NCBI GenBank assembly: GCA_963932905.1
Contig: CAWVRN010000016.1
Span: 1-64,000, forward strand
DNA from: an uncultured Bdellovibrio sp.
GTDB lineage: Bacteria; Bdellovibrionota; Bdellovibrionia; Bdellovibrionales; Bdellovibrionaceae
DNA length: 64,000 nucleotides
Direction of reading: 5' to 3'
Position numbers and translations under genes: made by a program. The notes beneath the pieces are model-generated. The model did no database searches, was not told the DNA's origin, and saw only the letters and a program-made list of their open reading frames with translations. Positions 40,019 to 49,660 of the stretch are shown piece after piece; position 1 is the first letter of the stretch; each line of letters opens with the position of its first letter.

Positions 40019-40405
40019 CTATCGTTTGCGACCCGTAATTAAGATTTCCATCTGTTCAACTTTATAACCTTTAAGATTTTTTGTATCGATGCTGAGCATT
40101 TTAGGATCGACGTCCATTATTTTTTTTGATTCAACATCGTATAAATGAAAATGCGTACTTAAATTTGAATCGTAGATAGTTTTACCAGCCGCGCCAGAGT
40201 AAAAAGATTTTAACAAACCAGCCGCTACAAATTCATTCAAGATATTGTAAACCGTGGCCCTAGACATTTTTTGTTTACCGCTAGAAGCCCACTCGCACAA
40301 GTCATCTGCGGTGAAGTGGCAGTGTTCCTTTAAAACTTTTTGTCCTATTTTTAAGCGGTGATTTGTTGGGCGCAAACCACGGTCTGCAAGTAATTTTTCA
40401 ATCAT
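40019..40405 (-). CDS. Fur-family regulator, Irr-like
   Basis: HFTADD, SRATVYNIL, YDSN...HFHLY; no CxxC. Confidence 0.85.
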   Translation of the reverse strand: MIEKLLADRGLRPTNHRLKIGQKVLKEHCHFTADDLCEWASSGKQKMSRATVYNILNEFVAAGLLKSFYSGAAGKTIYDSNLSTHFHLYDVESKKIMDVDPKMLSIDTKNLKGYKVEQMEILITGRKR

Positions 40406-40447
40406 TATGAAGTGAGTCTAGCACAACCAGGTCTGGGAAAAAAGAAG

Positions 40448-40485
40448 TTTTTAGACTCAGTCTAATTTTAGATTGAGTCTAAAAA
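40448..40485. promoter_or_regulatory. Tandem 7-1-7 Fur/Irr-type boxes
   Basis: TTAGACT-C-AGTCTAA (40451-40465) and TTAGATT-G-AGTCTAA (40468-40482) between divergent genes. Confidence 0.75.
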
Positions 40486-40525
40486 TCTTTTCATCTAGCA
40501 TTCATGTATAACAACAGGAGGCCGC

Positions 40526-41671
40526 GTGCTTAATATGTTTCGTCAGTCAAAAAGTCTTCGACTTTTACTGGTGGCGACCTTTGCTTATTCTTTGCAGCTA
40601 GTTGCTGCTGATGGACCAGCGCCAGATAAGAATTTGCTAGGCTTACCACCCTTACCCATTCCCGCTAATAACCCTATCACAAAAGAAAAAGTTATCTTAG
40701 GTGAACGCCTATATAACGACGTTCGCTTTAGTTCGACAGGAAAAGTTTCATGTGCCACTTGCCATGATTCTAAAAAAGGTTTCACAGATAACTTGCGCGT
40801 TTCAAAAGGTATTAATAACTTATCAGGAACTCGCAATGCTCCTACCGTACTAAATTCAGCTTTTAATACGTCTCAGTTTTGGGATGGCCGTTCTCCATCT
40901 TTGGAAGATCAAGCTCAGCACCCGATGACTAATCCCGTTGAGATGGGTTTACCTAATCACGAACCCGTAATGAAAATCGTCCGCGAAGAGAAAAAGTATC
41001 AAGACCAATTCAAATCGGCTTTTGGTATCGAAGCGAAAGATATCCAGTTAAACCATGTTCTAATGGCGATCGCCACGTTTGAAAGAACTCAAATCGATGG
41101 CAATAGCAAATTCGATCGATGGTACTACGGCGGCGAAGAAAAAATTCTATCGGCTCAAGAGAAAAATGGTTTTGCGGTATTCATCGGTAACGGTCGCTGC
41201 GTTTCTTGCCATGCCGTTGAAAGTACATCGGCGTTGTTTACTGACAACAAATTTCACAACATCGGCGTTGGAATTAATAAACTATCGAAATCAGATCAAG
41301 AAGCCATCGGCCAAGAATTCTTGAAATCAGATTATTCAAACGAGGCCGTGGATGTAAAAGTACTTACAAATCCAAAAACATCAGAAGTGGGTCGCCTAGC
41401 TGTCAGCAAAAAATTGTATGACATGGGTAATTTCAAAACACCAACTTTACGCAATATCAGTTTAACAGCTCCATACATGCATGACGGCAGTTTAAAAACT
41501 TTGGATGAAGTTGTTGAACACTATAACCGTGGTGGTGCCAGTTCCGATAAAGAAGTCGTAAATGATTTCATCAGCGGTGGTATTCGCCCATTAAATCTAA
41601 CATCGACAGAGAAACGTGACCTTGTCGCGTTCTTAAAAACCCTAACTAGCGCCAGAAACGCAAAGAAGTAG
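40526..41671 (+). CDS. Di-heme cytochrome c peroxidase family (MauG/MbnH-like)
   Basis: CATCH and CVSCH, RNAPT, QFWDGR, FKTPTLRN, PYMHDG, VVEHY. Confidence 0.9.
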   Translation: MLNMFRQSKSLRLLLVATFAYSLQLVAADGPAPDKNLLGLPPLPIPANNPITKEKVILGERLYNDVRFSSTGKVSCATCHDSKKGFTDNLRVSKGINNLSGTRNAPTVLNSAFNTSQFWDGRSPSLEDQAQHPMTNPVEMGLPNHEPVMKIVREEKKYQDQFKSAFGIEAKDIQLNHVLMAIATFERTQIDGNSKFDRWYYGGEEKILSAQEKNGFAVFIGNGRCVSCHAVESTSALFTDNKFHNIGVGINKLSKSDQEAIGQEFLKSDYSNEAVDVKVLTNPKTSEVGRLAVSKKLYDMGNFKTPTLRNISLTAPYMHDGSLKTLDEVVEHYNRGGASSDKEVVNDFISGGIRPLNLTSTEKRDLVAFLKTLTSARNAKK

Positions 41672-41680
41672 GAGAATACA

Positions 41681-42754
41681 ATGAGTAAAGTTTCTCGCAG
41701 AGATTTCAACAAATCGGCATTAGCCGCGGGCGCATTGGCTACTTTGCCAATCAGCTTGATCAAGTTTGCTTATGCTGAAGAAGAAAAAGACAAAAGTTTT
41801 ACTTTTGCCTATATTTCGGATTCACACATTCAACACATCAAAGGTAAAGAATTCGTACGCAACTGGGACATGGGTCTTAAACGTGCGGTAGCTGAATGTA
41901 ATATGTTAGTCCCAAAACCTGATTTCGTAATTTTCGGTGGTGACTTGGCTCAGCTAGGTACTAAGCCAGAACTAGATCATGGAGCTGAACTACTTTCAGC
42001 TTTGAAATACAAAACTTATCACGTCATGGGTGAACACGATTACTATTTAGATCTTGGCCAGTACTGGGAAAAATTATTTGGTCCGCAATGGTATAGCTTT
42101 GACCACAAAGGTGTTCATTTCATGGTGTTAAATTCAATTTTAACTACTGATGAATGGACTAAAAAATGGCCGACTGATGTACAGCGTATGGCGGAAATGG
42201 CTGGTTTAGATAATCCAAATGGCTCCCCGTTCATGGTTGGTGAAAAACAGCGTGAATGGATGAAAAAAGATCTAGAGAAAGTGAAAAAAGATACACCCAT
42301 CGTAGTTCTTTCGCATTCGCCTCTACAAAAGATCTTTAAAAATTGGAATTTCTGGACGGACGACGCCGAACAAGTACAAGATTTATTGAAGCCTTTCAAA
42401 AAAGTAAACGTACTGTACGGTCACGTTCACCAAATTCAATACAATAAAATCGGTAACATCGCGTTCAATTCAGTGATGGCAACTGCTTGGCCATGGCCGT
42501 ACCCGGCTTCTTACACGCAAGCGGAAAGTCATCTACCTGTATTGACTGTACCGATGAATCGCGCCGATCCTTTCTTTGAAAGGGACGCAACGGGATGGCA
42601 GTTCGTTAATATGAACTCGGGCCGCGTAACTGCGAAGTACTTGCTTCCAGAAAATGAATCGCGCGCAGTGGCTTATAACGAAAAAACAAATCAGCCGGAA
42701 GATGTCAGTCATCAACCAGATGATAAACGTACTCCACCACAAACTCACTACTAG
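41681..42754 (+). CDS. Tat-exported metallophosphoesterase
   Basis: SRRDF Tat motif; DSH, GDL, GEHD, GHVH. Confidence 0.88.
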   Translation: MSKVSRRDFNKSALAAGALATLPISLIKFAYAEEEKDKSFTFAYISDSHIQHIKGKEFVRNWDMGLKRAVAECNMLVPKPDFVIFGGDLAQLGTKPELDHGAELLSALKYKTYHVMGEHDYYLDLGQYWEKLFGPQWYSFDHKGVHFMVLNSILTTDEWTKKWPTDVQRMAEMAGLDNPNGSPFMVGEKQREWMKKDLEKVKKDTPIVVLSHSPLQKIFKNWNFWTDDAEQVQDLLKPFKKVNVLYGHVHQIQYNKIGNIAFNSVMATAWPWPYPASYTQAESHLPVLTVPMNRADPFFERDATGWQFVNMNSGRVTAKYLLPENESRAVAYNEKTNQPEDVSHQPDDKRTPPQTHY

Positions 42755-42760
42755 GAGCTA

Positions 42761-43165
42761 ATGATGAAAACTATTTTACTAGTAACAATGATGATTTTTA
42801 CTGGCGCTGTTAGCTCGGCAGATTCATTCACAAAAGCTGACCTTGAACGTTGGCAGGGTGAATTCGATGCTACCGCTAAATACGGCCGCGATCTTTGGAC
42901 CAACAGTGCTAAGGTAAAACTAGGCACTAACGGAGTCGCATGTGCGCAATGTCACCCAAACGGCGCAAACACACATCCGGAAACTTATCCTAAATTCCAA
43001 AAGCAATTGGGTAAAGTTGCCACGGTATGGGAAATGATGAACTGGTGTATTCGTAATCCACTGCAAGGTAAAAACTTAGCAGCTGATTCGAAAGAGATGA
43101 TTGCGATGCAAGCCTACATTATGAAAGAACGTAAGGGTGTTAAAATCGAACCAGGCAAACATTAA
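42761..43165 (+). CDS. Monoheme c-type cytochrome
   Basis: Signal peptide; CAQCH; YPKF...NWC. Confidence 0.85.
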   Translation: MMKTILLVTMMIFTGAVSSADSFTKADLERWQGEFDATAKYGRDLWTNSAKVKLGTNGVACAQCHPNGANTHPETYPKFQKQLGKVATVWEMMNWCIRNPLQGKNLAADSKEMIAMQAYIMKERKGVKIEPGKH

Positions 43166-43192
43166 TACTGATTTGATTATCAACAAATTTTT

Positions 43193-43220
43193 AGAGGCTC
43201 CAATCGGAGCCTCTTTTTTT
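43193..43220 (+). terminator. Intrinsic terminator
   Basis: AGAGGCTCC-AATC-GGAGCCTCT plus T tract. Confidence 0.85.
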
Positions 43221-43268
43221 GGTTCCGCAATTGCACCTTAAAACAATAATAATTTTAAGGAGGCCTCC

Positions 43269-43853
43269 ATGGCAAAAAATATTCTGATAGTTTCCCTGTG
43301 TATCTTTATGTCGCACGCATTCGCGCAGCAAGCACCATCGACCCCGTCGTCCACAACCAATATGCCTACTACGACTGGAAATCAAAACGTGACTTCTAAA
43401 GCCGCAATGACAGACGGACAGATTTCAAAAATTTTACTGACCATCAATCAAGGTGAAATCGAAGCCGCAAAATGGGCAAAAAAACATGCAGCAAATAAAG
43501 ATGTGAAAAACTTCGCGAAAGAAATGTACAAAGGTCACGAAAAAAATAAAAAAGCAACCCAAGACATGGCGAAAAATAAAATGATCAACTTGGAAGATAG
43601 TGAACTCAATAAAACAATTCAAGATGAAGCATCCAATTCAAATAATAACTTGAAGGCGCTGAAAAGAGATGAAATGGACAAGGTCTATATATCTCAACAA
43701 ATTATGATGCATCAGAATGCTCTAAATCATATCAACAATACTTTAATTCCCAATGCATCTAGCCCCGACCTAAGAGCCCATTTGGAAAAAACTCGTGATG
43801 ATGTTTCTGCTCATTTAAACCATGCTCAAGAACTACAAACTAAAATTCAGTAA
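43269..43853 (+). CDS. DUF4142 secreted ferritin-like protein
   Basis: Signal peptide; NQGEI, VKNFAKEM..H, DKVYI..Q...H. Confidence 0.8.
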   Translation: MAKNILIVSLCIFMSHAFAQQAPSTPSSTTNMPTTTGNQNVTSKAAMTDGQISKILLTINQGEIEAAKWAKKHAANKDVKNFAKEMYKGHEKNKKATQDMAKNKMINLEDSELNKTIQDEASNSNNNLKALKRDEMDKVYISQQIMMHQNALNHINNTLIPNASSPDLRAHLEKTRDDVSAHLNHAQELQTKIQ

Positions 43854-43920
43854 CTAACACTCTGCCTCTCTGCGATCTCATATAGATTGCAGAGAGGTTT
43901 TATTATACATTTAATTCCAA

Positions 43921-44718
43921 ATGAAAAAATATATTATTGCGCTTGTTTTTTTAATTGTGGCTGGGCTTGGGCTTAAATTTTTACGTACACCTATTGATCC
44001 TGGTACGTCATCCGTTGGTCAAAATTCCTATATACCTTCTGTCGATGGGAAAAATCAGAAACTAGCAGATCTAGAGAAATCGGTGGCTTCGCAACCCACC
44101 CCAGGTTTTAGCATCAATCGCAATGGTCCCGATCTGGTGATCACGACTCGATCTGGAAAAGCTTTCTCTTATAAAGACACTAAAAACGAAACCGCTTCTA
44201 ATTTTTCTTATGTAGTCGAATACAGATCAAATCCTGAAGTTTTAGTCGTATACTCTGAATCTGCAGAAATACGAAAATTTGCGTACTTGCTTGCTAGCGG
44301 AAATGAAATCCCTGCTAATCATTATCTCTATCCGTCCCCATCAGGAACAAGAGCTGTACAGGTTAGCTCACCGGATCCAAAATCAGAGCAACCTTCTAAA
44401 TACAGTTTCATTGGGTGGTCGATCGTTGAGAAGGACGGTGATACGTTCAAAGAAATCAGCAAACAAACTCCTATCGAGTTTAAGGATTTCAATAATGTTG
44501 GATTGCGTTTCTCAAGTTGGGACGGCGAAGAGGCCATTGATGTCATCATCAAGTACACGACAACTCAAAAAGCAGAATTTGTGACTTTATGTGTTCCTGG
44601 TAAAATTGAGCTTATTGATGACAAGTGGACCCTCAATGCCGAGCTTGAAGCCGCAGAACAAGATTGCAACGAATTTAACACCCTGATGGCACCCGAGCCT
44701 ATTAAAGAAATTCTATAA
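43921..44718 (+). CDS. Membrane-anchored or secreted hypothetical protein
   Basis: N-terminal hydrophobic segment. Confidence 0.65.
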   Translation: MKKYIIALVFLIVAGLGLKFLRTPIDPGTSSVGQNSYIPSVDGKNQKLADLEKSVASQPTPGFSINRNGPDLVITTRSGKAFSYKDTKNETASNFSYVVEYRSNPEVLVVYSESAEIRKFAYLLASGNEIPANHYLYPSPSGTRAVQVSSPDPKSEQPSKYSFIGWSIVEKDGDTFKEISKQTPIEFKDFNNVGLRFSSWDGEEAIDVIIKYTTTQKAEFVTLCVPGKIELIDDKWTLNAELEAAEQDCNEFNTLMAPEPIKEIL

Positions 44719-44720
44719 TT

Positions 44721-45137
44721 TTAATCTAGTTCAAGACGGCGGATAGATTTAATTATACCCGCTTCAATTTCAAACCGAACATTCCACCTTAAGAAAGGTG
44801 GAATAGCGATGATCTGAGTATCCAAAGTGATCTTTTTTATTTCAGCAATTTTTTTCTGCATGTCGATCATACTTACACCCATAGTGTCGTTGGTGACTTC
44901 TTTCGTATGGATCTTTCCGGATTCTTTATCTACTAAATAGAAAGAGGTAAAACCAAGATCCTTGGCTCTAGGGAGCAATAGCTGCGCGGGCCTAGACACA
45001 ACAAACTCTTTAATTAATGTATCTGAAGCCTTTTGACAGAATCGAAGCCTTCGATTGACTAAAAAATACGTGGCAATAATTAGAAGGGCACTAAAGGCGA
45101 CAGCGGCAAATAGGAGATTAACAAATAGTTCGCTCAT
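44721..45137 (-). CDS. Hypothetical single-pass membrane protein
   Basis: N-terminal TM followed by basic residues. Confidence 0.6.
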   Translation of the reverse strand: MSELFVNLLFAAVAFSALLIIATYFLVNRRLRFCQKASDTLIKEFVVSRPAQLLLPRAKDLGFTSFYLVDKESGKIHTKEVTNDTMGVSMIDMQKKIAEIKKITLDTQIIAIPPFLRWNVRFEIEAGIIKSIRRLELD

Positions 45138-45223
45138 TAAATATAATGCTAAAGTAAAATAGTTTAAAAAGCAAAAGCAGCGCTCATTTTGAGTCGCTGC
45201 TTTGTTAACCAGTTAAGGAAAAT

Positions 45224-45535
45224 TTATAAGTAACGGCGATTGGCTGTGCAAATTAGTTGAGCTTTAGAGGCACCGTACATTTGGCAGCCAGTTGTCGCTG
45301 GGTTACACAATTCCGGAGAAATAGTCACGCAAGCGGCTTCCATGTAACTCATATCTGGTTTTGCATGACAACCCGCAGGCATTGCCGGAGTTCGCTGAGC
45401 TGTACAAAATGGGATGCGTTGGCAGTTCACACCATCATCTGTGTACTTCGCGCAAATTTGCGGAAGAGTGTAAGATTGTGCAAACAAAGATTGCGCGCCT
45501 AAAATCATCATAAGAACAAATACTAGGTTTTTCAT
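45224..45535 (-). CDS. Small secreted 8-Cys protein
   Basis: AAGGA RBS; signal peptide; two 4-Cys repeats; hairpin terminator at about 45172-45204. Confidence 0.75.
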   Translation of the reverse strand: MKNLVFVLMMILGAQSLFAQSYTLPQICAKYTDDGVNCQRIPFCTAQRTPAMPAGCHAKPDMSYMEAACVTISPELCNPATTGCQMYGASKAQLICTANRRYL

Positions 45536-45661
45536 AAGGTTCCTTTGGGTTTGGGTTATGGTCGAGGTTTAATTTAAAATAATGTGACTAAGCTTGCAAA
45601 AAATAGAAAATAAAAAGAAAATAAACAGAAATAAACTATTAATTTCACTATAGAATTTAAA

Positions 45662-46315
45662 ATGAAAGAAATACTGACAAAGGATGATTTAACTCATCTA
45701 ATTTTTGAAGAAATATATCGGCGCTATAGCGAGCCCAAAACTCGCCGTAAAGCATTTGCGATATTGGAATCGGCCATCAGTTGTTACGATAAACGTGGCT
45801 TTGATAGTGTCACCTTAAAAATGATCGCTCGAGAATCCGGCTTAACGGCGCCTTCATTAAAACACTATTTTTCAGATCTAGATGAAATTCGCGAGCTAGC
45901 GGTAAAGTACGTTCACATGATTGCTCAAAAAATTGTAGTGGACGCAATGGTTGATGCTAAAGATCCCAAAGATCGTTTGGCGAAATATCTAAACGGTCAT
46001 TATATCTGGGCTAAACAATTCAAACGACACGTTTGTGTTTGGATCTCGTTTATATCATTTAGTTCTAGAAAAAAGAAAGACCGAGCTCTCAATACCGAAG
46101 CCGTGCTTAACGGAGCAAAGAGAATCAGCGAAATGTTATCACGTGGACGCCGTAGTGGTGTTTTCAAACACAAAGACGATTTCATCGCCGCGCGAGTTAT
46201 TCAAACTCTCATTTTGGGTTGGCTCACAACGATTGTTACCGAAGACATCACTAACATAGATTCCTATACGGAAGGTGTTTTCAAAGAATGCTTCCGAACG
46301 GTCGAAACTAACTAA
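45662..46315 (+). CDS. TetR/AcrR family regulator
   Basis: GFDSVTLKMIARESG...LKHYF HTH. Confidence 0.85.
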   Translation: MKEILTKDDLTHLIFEEIYRRYSEPKTRRKAFAILESAISCYDKRGFDSVTLKMIARESGLTAPSLKHYFSDLDEIRELAVKYVHMIAQKIVVDAMVDAKDPKDRLAKYLNGHYIWAKQFKRHVCVWISFISFSSRKKKDRALNTEAVLNGAKRISEMLSRGRRSGVFKHKDDFIAARVIQTLILGWLTTIVTEDITNIDSYTEGVFKECFRTVETN

Positions 46316-46321
46316 AACAAT

Positions 46322-48142
46322 CTATTCTCGTAATTTGACGCTAGAATATTCCGGGCGAAGAAATAGTCTTATTAGGTCATCAGTCGAATACTTCATTACC
46401 CACAAAGAAGTCTTTCCTTCTGGGAGGTTCAGATGTTGAGGAGCATATACAATACTAGCACCTCGTCGGCGATAAAAATTCATCCCGGCGCGATTACAAT
46501 CGAAATATAAATCACCCTTTATGTTAGCCATTTTTAAATACTCAGCCACGCCCGCCATTACAGTTAAAAAAGATTCGCTCTCAGCCAAATGGCTTGCGAA
46601 CAATCGACCAAGTTCCATCGTTTTCTCTCCGTTCGAAGATCGGGGCAAATGGATATGAGGGAATTCTCTTTCGATATACGTTTTATCATAAGTACCATCA
46701 AAAATCCGAATTAGAGCTAACAAGCGATGCTGCTCGTTTGGCTTAGTAAAAGATAAATATGTTGTTAAATTCAGTGGCGCTTTAAGTTCAATTTGCTCAT
46801 CATGAGCAATTTCACTTTCGGTGAAACTTCCGTTCTTCCTTAGCGTATCGAAGTATGTTTTAACATAAGCCACTAGCTGAGGATCATGTTCCACATTATG
46901 TTCTCGGCGCCCGTCAAGCCAACGCGATGATACTACGTTTCCTTGCAGCCTTCTCAACATTGGGTTCCAGGCCAGCATCGTCTGATCATAATCGCTATAT
47001 CCACCAGGCAGATCTGGGTAAATTCGCGGTGAGAAAATATGTAAATCATTTTGGTAATTCGCAGGAGCCGGTTGAATCGATCGGGCTTTATCAACATCAC
47101 CACGCGCTTCCAAAAATTGAAAATAGAATTCCGACACATCTCCGTACTTTTTTGTTTTTAACTGTTCTAGTCTGGTTAGAATTTCAAGTAAGTATTTTTT
47201 GGCAGCAATATCATGAGAATTTTGAAACAGAAAATCGGTCATGTAATGCATAGACGGGTATGGCAGAGCCATTTCGTAAACTCGCCAGTCCGTTAGTTGC
47301 AGCCATTTTGGAACAGATTCATGTGGCCAGTATTTACTAGCAACGCCAAATTTTCTAAGTAAATCAAAATATTTATTCATTATATACAAATCTAATTTAG
47401 AATTGGAATTAGCAAACGCCTCTAACGCAAACTCGGTTTGCTTAGAACGAAGTGCTTTACTAGCCGCTCCTTGATCAATCCATTTTTTTATTTTGAATTT
47501 AAACTCAGCATACAAATCATCATAAGCTTTATTACCGATGGCATCAGAATACTTTTTCGTAATGTCCCCAGTGGTTGATAATTCTTTTATTGCCCACGTA
47601 TGGTTAGCTTGCTGCAAGACTTGCTTTAACGTCGCTATGTTTCCTAAATCAACAGCCGTTTGCAGAACATGCTCTAAGTATTTCAGATCTTGATCTTTTG
47701 AAACCGATACAATCAAGGGACCATTTAGGAAATAGCCTTCGATGATATGCCAGTCCCAATGACGCTCTTGAAAGAAGTTACTTTTCGGACGTTCACCCAT
47801 CAGCAGGTCAACATAAAATCCTGGGGTTCGTACTTCATAATAGCCAGTCGTTGATTCAAAAATTTTTAAGTAGACATCGAAATACTTCAGATCAGAATCA
47901 GTACCGTATTTTTTTAGTTTTTGAAAAAGTCTTTTCGCAGATTTGGCATCACTTGCCTCTTTGGGCTGTGCCCACTCCGACCCGAAATATTTATTCAAAC
48001 GAGCCTCTAAATTTTTTACCTGCTGATTACGGACAACCGATACCATTGGCTTATAGAATTGATGGCAGTCATCCTTAGCCAATGCCCAGCACTGGGTGAA
48101 AAGTATTATTAAAAATAACCAGTGGCAGACGAGCTTTTCCAT
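46322..48142 (-). CDS. Secreted protein (CxxFY motif) with C-terminal GNAT/LuxI-like fold
   Basis: ATG 48142, signal, DDCHQFY; C-terminal ALIRI, MELGRL, FYRRRG. Confidence 0.6.
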   Translation of the reverse strand: MEKLVCHWLFLIILFTQCWALAKDDCHQFYKPMVSVVRNQQVKNLEARLNKYFGSEWAQPKEASDAKSAKRLFQKLKKYGTDSDLKYFDVYLKIFESTTGYYEVRTPGFYVDLLMGERPKSNFFQERHWDWHIIEGYFLNGPLIVSVSKDQDLKYLEHVLQTAVDLGNIATLKQVLQQANHTWAIKELSTTGDITKKYSDAIGNKAYDDLYAEFKFKIKKWIDQGAASKALRSKQTEFALEAFANSNSKLDLYIMNKYFDLLRKFGVASKYWPHESVPKWLQLTDWRVYEMALPYPSMHYMTDFLFQNSHDIAAKKYLLEILTRLEQLKTKKYGDVSEFYFQFLEARGDVDKARSIQPAPANYQNDLHIFSPRIYPDLPGGYSDYDQTMLAWNPMLRRLQGNVVSSRWLDGRREHNVEHDPQLVAYVKTYFDTLRKNGSFTESEIAHDEQIELKAPLNLTTYLSFTKPNEQHRLLALIRIFDGTYDKTYIEREFPHIHLPRSSNGEKTMELGRLFASHLAESESFLTVMAGVAEYLKMANIKGDLYFDCNRAGMNFYRRRGASIVYAPQHLNLPEGKTSLWVMKYSTDDLIRLFLRPEYSSVKLRE

Positions 48143-48337
48143 CAATAGGATAAAATGCAACCACAATACCCATCCTACTAAGATCACGAAGGTTTAGTAT
48201 GTTTTTAGGAACTATTTACCCCAAGCCGGAAGGCACCTGTCTAATATTTTGACAGTTAGAAATTAGGGCAACTACCGTTTTGAAATACATTACCTCGGAT
48301 GACTTTGCTTATGTTGGTTCTTTATATGTTTCAATGC

Positions 48338-48928
48338 TTAATAAACGACTTCGACATGATTGATAGTCTTTGTTTCGTTCATGCACCAGGAATCATATCC
48401 TAATCCAAATCCAAGAGGAGGTGCATCGCTGACGGAACCTGCTGCGCATAAGATAAATGTATTTGAAGTTAAATCTGTCGGTAGAGCATTTAGAATCGCA
48501 TCATCGGCAGGTGGCAATGAACTGGCACTTTTAGTTGCCAGAAACTGATTCACTCCATCACCAGGCGCAGGTGCACAGGCACCAGCTCCTGGCGCCCAAT
48601 CTAGTTGAGAACAAGATCCCGATCCACCGGTACCACAGGTTCCATAAAAGAAATCGACGTTATGAAATCCGACCGAATAATATCGATTTGATGAACTAGG
48701 TTCAAAACCAAGGGCCCCGAGGCAGGCAGTGAAACTGCCTTTTTCAGAAAAGAAAACATTTTCAACTGCAAAAGCAGCGTTCAGAGAAACTTTAACTTCG
48801 GCGGAGCGAGCTTTCGCCACAAATTTTCGATACTGCGGAATTCCGATGATGCTTAAAATACCTATGATGGAGACAACCACCATCAATTCAATTAAAGAAA
48901 AGCCCGATCGAGTTTTTAAAATCATCAA
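48338..48928 (-). CDS. Type IV pilin (PilA-like)
   Basis: G/FSLIELMVVV class III signal; PQY.KF.AKAR.AE. Confidence 0.9.
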   Translation of the reverse strand: MMILKTRSGFSLIELMVVVSIIGILSIIGIPQYRKFVAKARSAEVKVSLNAAFAVENVFFSEKGSFTACLGALGFEPSSSNRYYSVGFHNVDFFYGTCGTGGSGSCSQLDWAPGAGACAPAPGDGVNQFLATKSASSLPPADDAILNALPTDLTSNTFILCAAGSVSDAPPLGFGLGYDSWCMNETKTINHVEVVY

Positions 48929-48940
48929 TCCGTTATACCT

Positions 48941-49660
48941 TTATGTTTCCAATTTCGATTTAAAACTAAAAACTTTATGAGTGTCTTTAACTGGCAATAC
49001 AATCCAGATCCGATAAATACCTGGATCTGAAATACCGTGCGGAATTCTGATTTTTATTTTCTTTGTATCTTTATCCAACACTGTCTCTGAATGGAAAATC
49101 CGCGAACCAAAATTATTCGAGACCACTGAATACATAGTATTATCGAATGCATCGGACGAGTTGTTTACCATGTAAGAAAACTGAAAACTAGCCACCCCTT
49201 CTTTAAAGTCGCTTTTCACGAGTTCAATTTTTAAATTCCCATTTTCGTATAGTTTCATTTCCTTTTCAGGATCGGGATTTCTAACTTCCGCAGCACCCTT
49301 AAATTTATAGGACATGAAAATATCGTTATCAAAATGCCCCTCGGCCCAAAGCCAATTCCATCCGGGAAGAATGTCATCAAACGTACCTTTCCAATCATTT
49401 TTTGCAGCTGTCAATGTCGCTATTTTGATTTCACTCCCAAACGAATTAAATAAGAAAACCTTTTTGATTGTACTCTTTTCTGCCGGTGTTATCGATTTAT
49501 CTAAAAACGTATTTTTAACTGCAAATTCAAACTCATACTTACCAGACTTCGCCTTATCTATTTTGAAATTATGTAAGCGCAGACTTGGATCAGAAATATT
49601 ATGGGCCCTAGCCGACGAACCAAAGATGACACACAAAAGAAAAAGATATCTAATTGCCAT
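48941..49660 (-). CDS. Secreted hypothetical protein
   Basis: Signal peptide ARA/H; PGIYRIW Ig-like strand. Confidence 0.6.
   Translation of the reverse strand: MAIRYLFLLCVIFGSSARAHNISDPSLRLHNFKIDKAKSGKYEFEFAVKNTFLDKSITPAEKSTIKKVFLFNSFGSEIKIATLTAAKNDWKGTFDDILPGWNWLWAEGHFDNDIFMSYKFKGAAEVRNPDPEKEMKLYENGNLKIELVKSDFKEGVASFQFSYMVNNSSDAFDNTMYSVVSNNFGSRIFHSETVLDKDTKKIKIRIPHGISDPGIYRIWIVLPVKDTHKVFSFKSKLET

Noticed and set aside
45440..45460. ICAKY as a sixth CxxFY tag
   Set aside because: Spacing differs and the Cys belongs to a 4-Cys repeat
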